Shown: piece after piece, positions 29,948 to 38,217 of the stretch
How positions within the stretch are numbered: position 1 is the stretch's first letter
Layout of the letters: each line of letters starts with the position of its first letter
Assembly (NCBI GenBank): GCA_003023645.1
Contig: PXYQ01000001.1
Span: forward strand, 258-64,257
From: Candidatus Arcticimaribacter sp.
GTDB taxonomy: Bacteria; Bacteroidota; Bacteroidia; Flavobacteriales; Flavobacteriaceae
Length of the DNA: 64,000 bases
Direction: 5' to 3'
Program-made: the position numbers and the translations under genes
Notes under the pieces: model-generated
What the model was told of the DNA's origin: nothing
The model's input: only the letters and a program-made list of their open reading frames with translations
The model's database searches: none

Positions 29948-31075
29948 CTAGTTTAATGGGGGTTGAGGGATTATTTTCAAGATACCTTTTCCTTCTACGC
30001 CAAGATATAACAAACCATCTGGTCCTTGCTTTATGTTTCTTATTCTGCCAACACCTTCCAACACTTTATGGCGCTCTTTTACTTTATTGTCTTCTATAAC
30101 CAAACGTTCGAGGTATTCAAATTTCAAAGAACCAACTAATAAATTCCCTTTCCATTTTGGGTAATTGTCTGAAGTTGAAAACGCCATACCAGATGGAGCA
30201 ATCGATGGAAGCCAATAGTAAAGCGGTTGTTCTAAACCAGGAAGATCTGTATCGCTCGTTATGGGCGTTCCGCTATAATTGATGCCATAGGTAATTGTTG
30301 GCCATCCATAATTTTTTCCAGCGCCAATTACATTGATTTCATCTCCACCTCTGGGGCCATGTTCATGTACCCAAATAGCACCAGTTACTGGGTGTGTAAG
30401 CATTCCTTGTGGATTCCGATGTCCGTATGAGTATATGGCTTGTTTGCTCCCTTTTTCGTAGTAAAACGGATTGTCGGTTGGGATACTCCCATCTTGATTT
30501 AGGCGATAAATTTTACCTCCATCACGGGTCGTGTCTTGCGGGTTTACTTCACGATTACCTCGATCTCCAATCGAAAAGTAAAGATGCCCTTCGGCATCAA
30601 AACTTATTCTTGAACCCCAATGTTGCCCCTTTTTAGTGTTCCCTTCACCTTTATATAGTTGTTTTAATTTCTGCAATGATGTTCCTTCTAATTCTGCTCT
30701 GTAAAGTGCCGTGTGACCTCCAGCCGCTTCACCGTCACTTGAACTAGCAGTAAAGAAAATTACTTTTGAAGTTTCAAAATCAGGTGCAATTGTAATATCT
30801 AAAAGACCACCCTGTCCACGAACATAAATTTCGGGAAGTCCTGATATTTCTGATTTAACACCATCCAAAACATGATAAAGAATTCCTGACTTCTCGGTGA
30901 CTAACATTTCCGTTTCTGAGATGAAGGTCATACCCCATGGAATATCAATACCGTCGACTACAGTTTCGTATATATACTTTGGACCTAATTCATCTTGAAT
31001 TTTTGGTCCGTGGTCTTGTGCACAACTACTGAAGAATAACGAGCATAAAACGATTGAGAATGTAAACTTTTTCAT
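29948..31075 (-). CDS. PQQ-dependent sugar dehydrogenase (GSDH/YliI family), lipoprotein
   Basis: SSC lipobox; GQGGLLD, HWGSRI, YGHRNPQG, EHGPRGGDEIN, NYGWP, IAPSG. Confidence 0.9.
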   Translation of the reverse strand: MKKFTFSIVLCSLFFSSCAQDHGPKIQDELGPKYIYETVVDGIDIPWGMTFISETEMLVTEKSGILYHVLDGVKSEISGLPEIYVRGQGGLLDITIAPDFETSKVIFFTASSSDGEAAGGHTALYRAELEGTSLQKLKQLYKGEGNTKKGQHWGSRISFDAEGHLYFSIGDRGNREVNPQDTTRDGGKIYRLNQDGSIPTDNPFYYEKGSKQAIYSYGHRNPQGMLTHPVTGAIWVHEHGPRGGDEINVIGAGKNYGWPTITYGINYSGTPITSDTDLPGLEQPLYYWLPSIAPSGMAFSTSDNYPKWKGNLLVGSLKFEYLERLVIEDNKVKERHKVLEGVGRIRNIKQGPDGLLYLGVEGKGILKIIPQPPLN

Positions 31076-31187
31076 GAAGTAATTTTAGATTTTTTAAAAA
31101 TACGAATAATTACAGGACACACAAAGATGCATGGTTTAAAAACAAGTACTCTTTTGGGGAATGATAAAAGTATGTCTGTTTTAAAGT

Positions 31188-31217
31188 AAAAAACCACCTG
31201 AAAGATCAGATGGTTTT
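31188..31217 (-). terminator. intrinsic terminator after tRNA-Pro(GGG)
   Basis: Minus strand AAAACCATCTGA-TCTT-TCAGGTGGTTTTT (one G-U pair). Confidence 0.7.
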
Positions 31218-31218
31218 G

Positions 31219-31292
31219 TCGGGATGACAGGATTTGAACCTGCGACCCCACGCCCCCCAGGCGTGTGCGCTACCAAGCTGCGCCACATCCCG
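31219..31292 (-). tRNA. tRNA-Pro(GGG)
   Basis: CGGGATG/CATCCCG acceptor stem; anticodon arm CACGC-CTGGGGG-GCGTG; T-arm GGTTCAAATCC; CCA not encoded. Confidence 0.95.
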
Positions 31293-31306
31293 TGGCAATT
31301 GTAAAC

Positions 31307-31334
31307 AAAAAAAGCTCAATAAATGAGCTTTTTT
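31307..31334 (-). terminator. terminator-like hairpin between the two tRNAs
   Basis: AAAAAAAGCTCA-ATAAA-TGAGCTTTTTT. Confidence 0.6.
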
Positions 31335-31336
31335 AG

Positions 31337-31411
31337 TCGGGGTGGCAGGATTCGAACCTGCGACCTCCTGCTCCCAAAGCAGGCGCGATGACCGGGCTAC
31401 GCTACACCCCG
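31337..31411 (-). tRNA. tRNA-Pro(TGG)
   Basis: CGGGGTG/CACCCCG acceptor stem; anticodon arm CCTGC-TTTGGGA-GCAGG; T-arm GGTTCGAATCC. Confidence 0.96.
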
Positions 31412-31425
31412 AAAAATTCGGTATG

Positions 31426-31456
31426 CAAATATAATACTTATCCGCTTTCTGACAAG
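31426..31456 (-). promoter_or_regulatory. sigma70 promoter for tRNA-Pro
   Basis: CTTG-N19-TATATTTG (-33/-7). Confidence 0.7.
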
Positions 31457-31518
31457 TATTTCTCGATCATATCAGGCTCCTTTTTTAAAGACGATCTCAC
31501 CCCTTGTAATTGAGTAAG

Positions 31519-33186
31519 TTAGTTGTCCGAAGTTTTTATTTGTAGTCCGTCTTCGTCGATGCTTAGCTCAAAATCAGCTTCGTCATCAGAAACTTTGATG
31601 CGTAAACGATCGTTGTCAATATCGATGTTACCACTTATTGAGGTGCAATCTTGACAAATAAGCGTACCGTTTTCCATTTTCCATAAATGACCTGCTATTT
31701 TTCTACGCGAATAATCCTGATCATTTTTAATTCCTCGATACATCAAAGAACTGAAGTCTCTATCGATATACAGGTACTGTCCTTCCGCAACTTCTAAATT
31801 CAATCGTACTTGTTGTTCGTTTCTTGCTTGAGCAATTGAAGCGAGCCATTGGCTGTCGAGCAGCAAACTTTTATTGTAATATTCAAATGGATAAGAAATT
31901 GCATTTGCATTCTCTCTGGCTCTTTTTTGGTTTCTTCCTTTTGCCTTTTTATCGATTCTAAGTTGTGTACTATTGTCTTTACTTTGTGTTATGTTTAAAC
32001 GGATTTCATCCAAAAGTAAATTCAGTTCATCATCTTCGTTATAGATTAAATGTGTTGCGTTAAAAATCAGTATTTCATCGTCATATTGCACTGTATTCAG
32101 TCGAATTCGCAAAGTGTCTTTTGTGTCAATATCGATAAGCTCGTTTTGAGTTGTTCGTGCTGTAAAAGCATTGGATCTAAATTCTCGAGCTATGGTAAAA
32201 GAGATCAGTAGTAGCGTTGTAATCCATATTACTCCTAAGGTGTACTTGGTTGAATTATTCATCAATTTCCGTTTTGAAGTAAGTAGTCGAAGTCCTAAAA
32301 CAAAAATAAAGGTAAATGGAATTCCTACTCCAAAAAGTAAAAGTAAGGAGAACGCCCATAGCGGAAGATCCGTATTCATGGTTAAGAATATAATCTCATG
32401 CGGAATTTCAATGGAGCTTATAAATCCGAAAATCGCTACACTGAAAAGTAACCCAATCAGTATGATGGTTGAAAAAAGGATCATAAAAAATCCGATGATT
32501 TTACTGGCGATGCTAACTAAGAGCAGAATTAATTTTTCAAGCATTTCCGAAAACTTTATGGACTTTTTTTTTAAGTCATCACCTACTTTTGAATAATCTA
32601 CACTTTTCACTTTTTGGGTGACATCATCTAAACCCTCTTTTATTTTTTTTTCAATGTTCGATATATTCACTGGCTCTCCTCTCATTCTTAATTTTTCGGA
32701 AGTAGTTTTTGCTTCAGGAATAAGAGCCCATAATAAGATGTAAACAAATACTACACCTCCAATTGAAGAGAGTACAAGGATAACAAGTATCAGTCGAATC
32801 CAAACCCGATCAATTCCAAAGTAGTGCCCAAGTCCGCTAGCAACTCCGCCAACAATTCGTTCGTCTGTGTCTCGATATAGCTTCTTTTGAGCATTTGATT
32901 TTGTGCTTTCCTCTTGCGTTTCCTCTTCGCTAATATCTTCTGGAGCGCCTAGTATTTCAATTACGTCGTTCACGTTTTTTTCTGAAATAACATAGCCGTC
33001 TCGTATAGTGTATTGTGAAAACAACTCTGCAATCCGAACTTCAATATCTTCTAAGATTTCTTGTTTTCCTTCGGTTTGCGCAAAACTTTTTTCTAGTTTG
33101 TTTAAGTAATTTTTTAAAAGTGCATAGGCATCGCTATCAATATGAAATAACGTGTGTGCTAAATGTATTGTAACAGTAGTGTTCAT
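31519..33186 (-). CDS. PspC-domain membrane protein
   Basis: KKLYRDTDERIVGGVASGLGHYFGID (PspC); DIEVRIAELF; several TM helices and a periplasmic C-terminus. Confidence 0.88.
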   Translation of the reverse strand: MNTTVTIHLAHTLFHIDSDAYALLKNYLNKLEKSFAQTEGKQEILEDIEVRIAELFSQYTIRDGYVISEKNVNDVIEILGAPEDISEEETQEESTKSNAQKKLYRDTDERIVGGVASGLGHYFGIDRVWIRLILVILVLSSIGGVVFVYILLWALIPEAKTTSEKLRMRGEPVNISNIEKKIKEGLDDVTQKVKSVDYSKVGDDLKKKSIKFSEMLEKLILLLVSIASKIIGFFMILFSTIILIGLLFSVAIFGFISSIEIPHEIIFLTMNTDLPLWAFSLLLLFGVGIPFTFIFVLGLRLLTSKRKLMNNSTKYTLGVIWITTLLLISFTIAREFRSNAFTARTTQNELIDIDTKDTLRIRLNTVQYDDEILIFNATHLIYNEDDELNLLLDEIRLNITQSKDNSTQLRIDKKAKGRNQKRARENANAISYPFEYYNKSLLLDSQWLASIAQARNEQQVRLNLEVAEGQYLYIDRDFSSLMYRGIKNDQDYSRRKIAGHLWKMENGTLICQDCTSISGNIDIDNDRLRIKVSDDEADFELSIDEDGLQIKTSDN

Positions 33187-33188
33187 GG

Positions 33189-33518
33189 TTAAGATTTTTT
33201 GGTTAATGCAGTAACGGCTTTGTTTAGGTCACTCCAAGAGGAATGGAGTTCCTCGAGGAATTTTTTTCCTACTTCGGTTATGGAGTAGTATTTTCTTGGC
33301 GGGCCAGATGTTGACTCTTCCCAACGGTATTCCAATAAGCCTCCATTTTTCAGTCGAGTCAATAGAGGATATAGAGTTCCTTCAACTACAAGCATTTTCG
33401 ATTTCTTTAGGGTTTCTATGATTTCGAAAGAATACTTGTCTTTGGTGCTAAGAATTTTGAGGATACAAAATTCCAGGACACCTTTTCGCATTTGTGCTTT
33501 GGTGTTTTCAATGTTCAT
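33189..33518 (-). CDS. PadR-family transcriptional regulator
   Basis: QMRKGVLEFCIL, EGTLYPLLTRL, GPPRKYY. Confidence 0.93.
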   Translation of the reverse strand: MNIENTKAQMRKGVLEFCILKILSTKDKYSFEIIETLKKSKMLVVEGTLYPLLTRLKNGGLLEYRWEESTSGPPRKYYSITEVGKKFLEELHSSWSDLNKAVTALTKKS

Positions 33519-33586
33519 AACTTTTCTAGGTGTAGGTGTTCATTATTTTTTTGTTTGACGCATGATATTCTTGGTTGTTTACTATG

Positions 33587-33619
33587 CAAATATATGTCTT
33601 TAAAATAATACTATGCAAT
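33587..33619 (-). promoter_or_regulatory. sigma70 promoter of padR-pspC
   Basis: ATTG-N21-TATATTTG on the minus strand. Confidence 0.6.
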
Positions 33620-33627
33620 ACATAGTA
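33609..33627. promoter_or_regulatory. perfect palindrome, candidate PadR operator
   Basis: TACTATG-CAATA-CATAGTA, overlapping the -33 element. Confidence 0.55.
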
Positions 33628-33699
33628 GTAATTTTAACATTTCCCCAACATTTATTTTTAAAAAACGCAGCTACATTAGAGAAATCAAATCTGAGAATT

Positions 33700-33876
33700 A
33701 TGAGCAATTATAAGTACTACACTACGGTTTTGAGTAAGGTTAGTTTCGATAATGAATTATTTTCAAAAGAATATGAAAAAGCTTGCAGAGATCTAAATGA
33801 GAGAGATTTGATCCGTTTGAAGCGATGGTATTGTGTTTTTTTAATCCAAAATCCGCATTTAGAATTGATCCAGTAG
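33700..33876 (+). CDS. 58-aa hypothetical protein
   Basis: YTTVLSKVSFDNELFSKEYEKA resembles a small Bacteroidota family; ATG 33700 preferred because the longer start overlaps the padR promoter. Confidence 0.65.
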   Translation: MSNYKYYTTVLSKVSFDNELFSKEYEKACRDLNERDLIRLKRWYCVFLIQNPHLELIQ

Positions 33877-33877
33877 C

Positions 33878-34807
33878 TTAGGGAGCAATTATTTGTACCT
33901 CGTCAAATGCAATTGCACCTCGAACAACGCCACTAATACTATTCTTCAGAGCTTCGATGATCTGGAGCTTCAGTTGACTCTTGGGATAAATGATGCTAAT
34001 CTCACGAGCTGGGGAGGGAGCTGGAAAGTGAATCACGTTTTTTGTGTTTTTTTCAGAAAGATTCAATGCATTTAAAAAAGGAACTAGTGTCATTCCTAAG
34101 CCTTCGTTTGCCAAATTGACAAGGGTTTCAAAACTACCACTCTTTAGGTTGAACTGTTTGTTTCTCCCACTTTTTGCAATGGTGCACATAGATAGAACTT
34201 GATTTTTGAAGCAGTGTCCGTCTTCTAGTAACAATACATTCTCATTTTCTAGATCCTCGACATTAATTTCATTACTTCCCGATAAGCGATGATTTTCAGG
34301 GATATACGCTACAAATGGTTCGTAGTATAACGGTCGTTCAATTATCGTTTCGTGTTTAAGGGGAGTGGCTGCAATTCCAGCATCCAATTTCCCATCTGCA
34401 AGGCGTTCAATAATGCTTTCTGTTGTGAGTTCTTCAATCTTTAGGTTGACTTTTGGGTAGGCTTTTAAAAACGTATTAAGAAACATGGGGAGTAGGGTAG
34501 GCATTACTGTTGGGATTATGCCTAAACTAAATGAGCCTCCAATAAACCCCTTCTCTTGTGCAACAACATCCTCCATGCGCTTGGATTCTGATATGATTTT
34601 ACGAGCTTGAATAAGAATTTCTGATCCTACTTTAGTTAGACGTATGGGTTTCTTTGTTCTGTTAAAGATTTGGACTCCAAGTTCGTCTTCTAGTTTTTGT
34701 ATTTGCATACTGAGTGTAGGCTGTGTAACAAAAGATTTCTCTGCAGCAAGGGTAAAGTTCCCCGCTTCTGCTACTGCTATCATGTACTTGAGTTGGGTGA
34801 GTGTCAT
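33878..34807 (-). CDS. oxyR: hydrogen peroxide sensor OxyR (LysR family)
   Basis: LysR HTH (VTQPTLSMQI); EDGHCFKNQVLSMC carries the redox Cys pair C-x8-C. Confidence 0.9.
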   Translation of the reverse strand: MTLTQLKYMIAVAEAGNFTLAAEKSFVTQPTLSMQIQKLEDELGVQIFNRTKKPIRLTKVGSEILIQARKIISESKRMEDVVAQEKGFIGGSFSLGIIPTVMPTLLPMFLNTFLKAYPKVNLKIEELTTESIIERLADGKLDAGIAATPLKHETIIERPLYYEPFVAYIPENHRLSGSNEINVEDLENENVLLLEDGHCFKNQVLSMCTIAKSGRNKQFNLKSGSFETLVNLANEGLGMTLVPFLNALNLSEKNTKNVIHFPAPSPAREISIIYPKSQLKLQIIEALKNSISGVVRGAIAFDEVQIIAP

Positions 34808-34854
34808 TATGTGTTATTTTTATGATTATTTAAAGATAATAAGAAATAATGATA

Positions 34855-35547
34855 TTAGTTGATTATTTTGACTTTCATTTTAATGTTTTCTATTGGATTC
34901 TCTCTTCCATCAATCGGTTGTGCGCATATTTTATCAACGACATCCATCCCACTAATGACTTTGCCAAATGGGGTAAAGTCTTTGTCTAAATGGTAAGCAC
35001 CGCCTTTTTGTTGAACTATAAAAAACTCGAATGGAGATGCTAACTTGTGTGGATTATCTTCTTCGCTACTGGGTATGGAAATAACACCTCGATCGTGTTT
35101 ATGGCCTTTATCATTGTCTTGAGGTAAGAGATAACGTCCTATTTTCCTTCTTTTTCGCCATGTTTTTGGGTGATCTGAATTTCCTCCTTGGATAACAAAG
35201 TCAGGAACAACGCGATGAAAAAAAGTATCATTAAAGTAACCTAACTTTGTTAAGTAAATAAAGTTTGCCCTGTGGTAGGGCGTATTGTCGAACAAGATTA
35301 GATCAATATCTCCATAGATTGTACTGATTCTTACCTTATTTTCTTTGTTCTTCTTTTGGTACTCAAATAGAAATGGAATAGCCGTTTTTTCGTCCAAGTA
35401 AAGGGCGGGTTCTTCAAGGAGAAGTTCTTTTTTTACAACTTTCTGTTTGGGTTCAGCTTTTTTTGTAGTACTTTTTATTTTTTTAGGAGGCTCAGTACAG
35501 CTTACCATTATCATCAGTACTATACTTAAAATACTTAATTTTCTCAT
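34855..35547 (-). CDS. cyclophilin-type PPIase (lipoprotein)
   Basis: MVSC lipobox; FHRVVPDFVIQGG; HLDKDFTPFGKV. Confidence 0.88.
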   Translation of the reverse strand: MRKLSILSIVLMIMVSCTEPPKKIKSTTKKAEPKQKVVKKELLLEEPALYLDEKTAIPFLFEYQKKNKENKVRISTIYGDIDLILFDNTPYHRANFIYLTKLGYFNDTFFHRVVPDFVIQGGNSDHPKTWRKRRKIGRYLLPQDNDKGHKHDRGVISIPSSEEDNPHKLASPFEFFIVQQKGGAYHLDKDFTPFGKVISGMDVVDKICAQPIDGRENPIENIKMKVKIIN

Positions 35548-35553
35548 TACCCT

Positions 35554-36201
35554 ATGCTGTTTACAAAATTTGAATCGCTTCTTCCAAAAGTAATAGATTT
35601 ACCTTTACCCGGTATTGTTGCGCAAAAAAAAATGGCACCATTGTTCAGATTACAAGAAATAATGGAAAAGCCTTTGAATGAGAATGAAACTAAAAAAGCT
35701 GCTGTTTTAATTCTGTTTTATCCCGATAGAAATGGGATTACAAATTTTGTTTTAATTGAACGGGTGGTCTATTCGGGTGTTCATTCTGGTCAAATTAGTT
35801 TTCCAGGAGGAAAGAGAGATTTCGAAGATAAAACGTTCTGGGACACTGCCCTTCGTGAAACTCAAGAAGAAGTTGGCGTTGAGCCTTCTGACGTGAAAAA
35901 GATTAGGGAGTTGTCAAAGTTTTATATCCCTCCGAGTAATTTTACCGTGTATCCCTTCGTGGGTTTTGTAAGTAGTAAACCCGCTTTTGTGAAAGAAATT
36001 AAAGAAGTTGAGAAGATCATTGAGATCCCTCTCTCAAAACTTCTAGATGCTAAAAATGAAACCAAAGGAATCGTTTCAACATCTTATGTAGGCGAAATTA
36101 ATGTTCCTATGTATGTGTTTGAAAATGTTCAAGTATGGGGAGCTACAGCCACAATTCTTGCAGAAATGAAAGAATTGATTCTGATTGCACTGAAAGAATA
36201 A
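35554..36201 (+). CDS. Nudix CoA pyrophosphatase
   Basis: HSGQISFPGG, ALRETQEEVG (Nudix box), VWGATA. Confidence 0.92.
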   Translation: MLFTKFESLLPKVIDLPLPGIVAQKKMAPLFRLQEIMEKPLNENETKKAAVLILFYPDRNGITNFVLIERVVYSGVHSGQISFPGGKRDFEDKTFWDTALRETQEEVGVEPSDVKKIRELSKFYIPPSNFTVYPFVGFVSSKPAFVKEIKEVEKIIEIPLSKLLDAKNETKGIVSTSYVGEINVPMYVFENVQVWGATATILAEMKELILIALKE

Positions 36202-36227
36202 TGTTATATTTACGAGATTATTAGATT

Positions 36228-37025
36228 ATGGGAATATTAAAAAGAAACCCTTTCGGGCATATACTTTTCTTGAAAAAAATGTTGATCCGTTACCTAGGCA
36301 TAATGTCTCATCGTAGGTACAGAGGTTTCAATCAGTTGCATATTGAAGGATCAGAAATCATTAAAAATTTACCTGGTCAAAAAGTCCTCTTTGTATCCAA
36401 TCATCAAACGTATTACGCTGATGTGGTTGCAATGTTTCATGTGTTTAACGCAAGCTTAAGCGGTCGCCTCGATAGTATTAAGAATGTGGGATACCTATGG
36501 AATCCGAAATTGAATATTTATTATGTTGCCGCAAAAGAGACCATGAGTGACGGACTTTTGCCTAAAATTTTAGCCTATGCGGGTTCTGTTTCAATAGAGC
36601 GAACGTGGCGTGAGTCTGGTAAAGATGTCAACCGGCAGGTTAAATTCAGCGATATCTCCAATATAGGGAAGGCACTGGACGATGGATGGGTAATTACTTT
36701 TCCGCAAGGAACAACGAAGCCTTTCAGACCGATGCGTAAAGGAACTGCATTCATTATCAAGAAATATAAACCCATAGTAGTGCCAATAGTCATTGATGGC
36801 TTCAGAAGATCATTTGATAAGAAGGGACTTATGATAAAGAAAAAAGGTATTCTACAATCTATGGTCATTAAAGAACCACTTGAAATCGATTATGAGAATG
36901 ACTCTGTTGAATCCATCTTAGAGAAAATAGAACATTCTATTGAACAACATCCTTCCTTCTTAAAGGTGTTGTCTTCCAAAGAAATTGAAGAACAAGAAGC
37001 ACTGAACAAGAAAAGGGAGTGGTAG
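36228..37025 (+). CDS. lysophospholipid acyltransferase (PlsC family)
   Basis: SNHQTYYAD (HxxxxD), FPQGT, PIVPI-like motif. Confidence 0.88.
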   Translation: MGILKRNPFGHILFLKKMLIRYLGIMSHRRYRGFNQLHIEGSEIIKNLPGQKVLFVSNHQTYYADVVAMFHVFNASLSGRLDSIKNVGYLWNPKLNIYYVAAKETMSDGLLPKILAYAGSVSIERTWRESGKDVNRQVKFSDISNIGKALDDGWVITFPQGTTKPFRPMRKGTAFIIKKYKPIVVPIVIDGFRRSFDKKGLMIKKKGILQSMVIKEPLEIDYENDSVESILEKIEHSIEQHPSFLKVLSSKEIEEQEALNKKREW

Positions 37026-37029
37026 TTAT

Positions 37030-37662
37030 TTAATCTTCAATTTGTTTGAGTTCTTGAACATGCCTTTTAAGCTTAAAGAAATACCTTCCATAGACTAGGT
37101 AGTAAAACCCAATGAGTACTGCCAGCACTAAAATCATGATTATAATGATGACTACTACCATTTTTATGATTGATCCTTGCCCCGCAACATCTTGATTCAA
37201 CAGATGAATGTAGTTTTCATCATAACGGAATGCATTGATCAAAACAACAGTCAAAAAGACAATAAACACGCCTAAGTTATAGAGGATGTATTTGTTGACT
37301 GATTTCCTAGATTTAATAATCGTTTCTATCAAAATAGAAATGGAATCAGAGGTTTTTATTTTATTATAATTTAAGTAAAATTGGATCATGAAGTAGGAAA
37401 GTATCGCATATCCTAGAATACTGATTACTATTGAAAATTCATATAAATGAATACTTCTGTAATATTCAAAAGCTTCAAAATAATCGGGAATTAAAAAAGG
37501 AAATAAAAGATAGGCGAAGAATTCTACACAGCTGAATATGAAAATCCACTTGATAGAAGAAATCGATTTCTTTTGAGTCAATCCATACAGTTCTTCTTTC
37601 GATAGTTGTAAGTCAAACTTTTGATTTTTCCATTCTTTTTTTAATGCATCCAGTTTATTCAT
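37030..37662 (-). CDS. multi-pass membrane protein, putative anti-sigma factor
   Basis: About four TM helices; directly downstream of an ECF sigma; LDALKKEWK N-terminus. Confidence 0.6.
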   Translation of the reverse strand: MNKLDALKKEWKNQKFDLQLSKEELYGLTQKKSISSIKWIFIFSCVEFFAYLLFPFLIPDYFEAFEYYRSIHLYEFSIVISILGYAILSYFMIQFYLNYNKIKTSDSISILIETIIKSRKSVNKYILYNLGVFIVFLTVVLINAFRYDENYIHLLNQDVAGQGSIIKMVVVIIIIMILVLAVLIGFYYLVYGRYFFKLKRHVQELKQIED

Positions 37663-37669
37663 AGTTGTA

Positions 37670-38158
37670 TTACTTCAGCATTGTTTTTAATTTTCTCTTG
37701 AGCCTACTAATCTTTACGCGCGCATTTACTTCTGATATTCCTAGGGTTTCAGCGATCTCAATATATTTTTTATCTTCCAAATACAGTAAGATCAACGCCT
37801 TTTCTATTTCAGAAAAAGTTTCTATTTTTTCGTAAAGCCATCGAATTTGTATTTCTTTAGTATCATCATATTCTTCATAAGCCTTTAATTCTGGAAGCAT
37901 TGCCAAGTCTTCCCCAAGGATTGTTTTTTTGTTTTTCCGATAAAGTGTTATTGCAGTATTCAATCCAACGCGATACATCCAAGTGGTGAACTTAGATTTA
38001 CCCTCGAAACTTGGATATGACTTCCACAATTGAATACTGATCTCTTGAAAGAGATCTTTCTGACTTGCGTCATCATAAGTATATATGCGACAGATTTTGT
38101 GAATGATATTTTGATGCTCCTTGAGCAACTCCAAAAAATCATTTTCACTTAAACGCAT
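37670..38158 (-). CDS. ECF RNA polymerase sigma factor
   Basis: DLFQEISIQLW, FTTWMYRVGLN (region 2); YIEIAETLGIS (region 4). Confidence 0.93.
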   Translation of the reverse strand: MRLSENDFLELLKEHQNIIHKICRIYTYDDASQKDLFQEISIQLWKSYPSFEGKSKFTTWMYRVGLNTAITLYRKNKKTILGEDLAMLPELKAYEEYDDTKEIQIRWLYEKIETFSEIEKALILLYLEDKKYIEIAETLGISEVNARVKISRLKRKLKTMLK

Positions 38159-38174
38159 GAACTTCTTATTCTAA

Positions 38175-38203
38175 TTAGTGGGACAAAAAATGTTTTTGTT
38201 ACA
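38175..38203 (-). promoter_or_regulatory. putative autoregulatory ECF promoter
   Basis: TGTAAC-N16-CCACTAA, 16 nt upstream of the sigma ATG. Confidence 0.55.
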
Positions 38204-38217
38204 AAAAAATATAATTA

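Noticed and set aside
31076-31518. tRNA-Pro as an integration site for an island
   Set aside because: No integrase, and no duplicated tRNA 3' end was seen in the window.
33526-33563. Two tiny upstream ORFs (MRQTKK*, MNTYT*) in the padR leader
   Set aside because: Too short to distinguish from chance in AT-rich DNA.
33613-33699. Longer start for the 87-aa ORF
   Set aside because: It overlaps the padR promoter and palindrome; the ATG at 33700 is more plausible.
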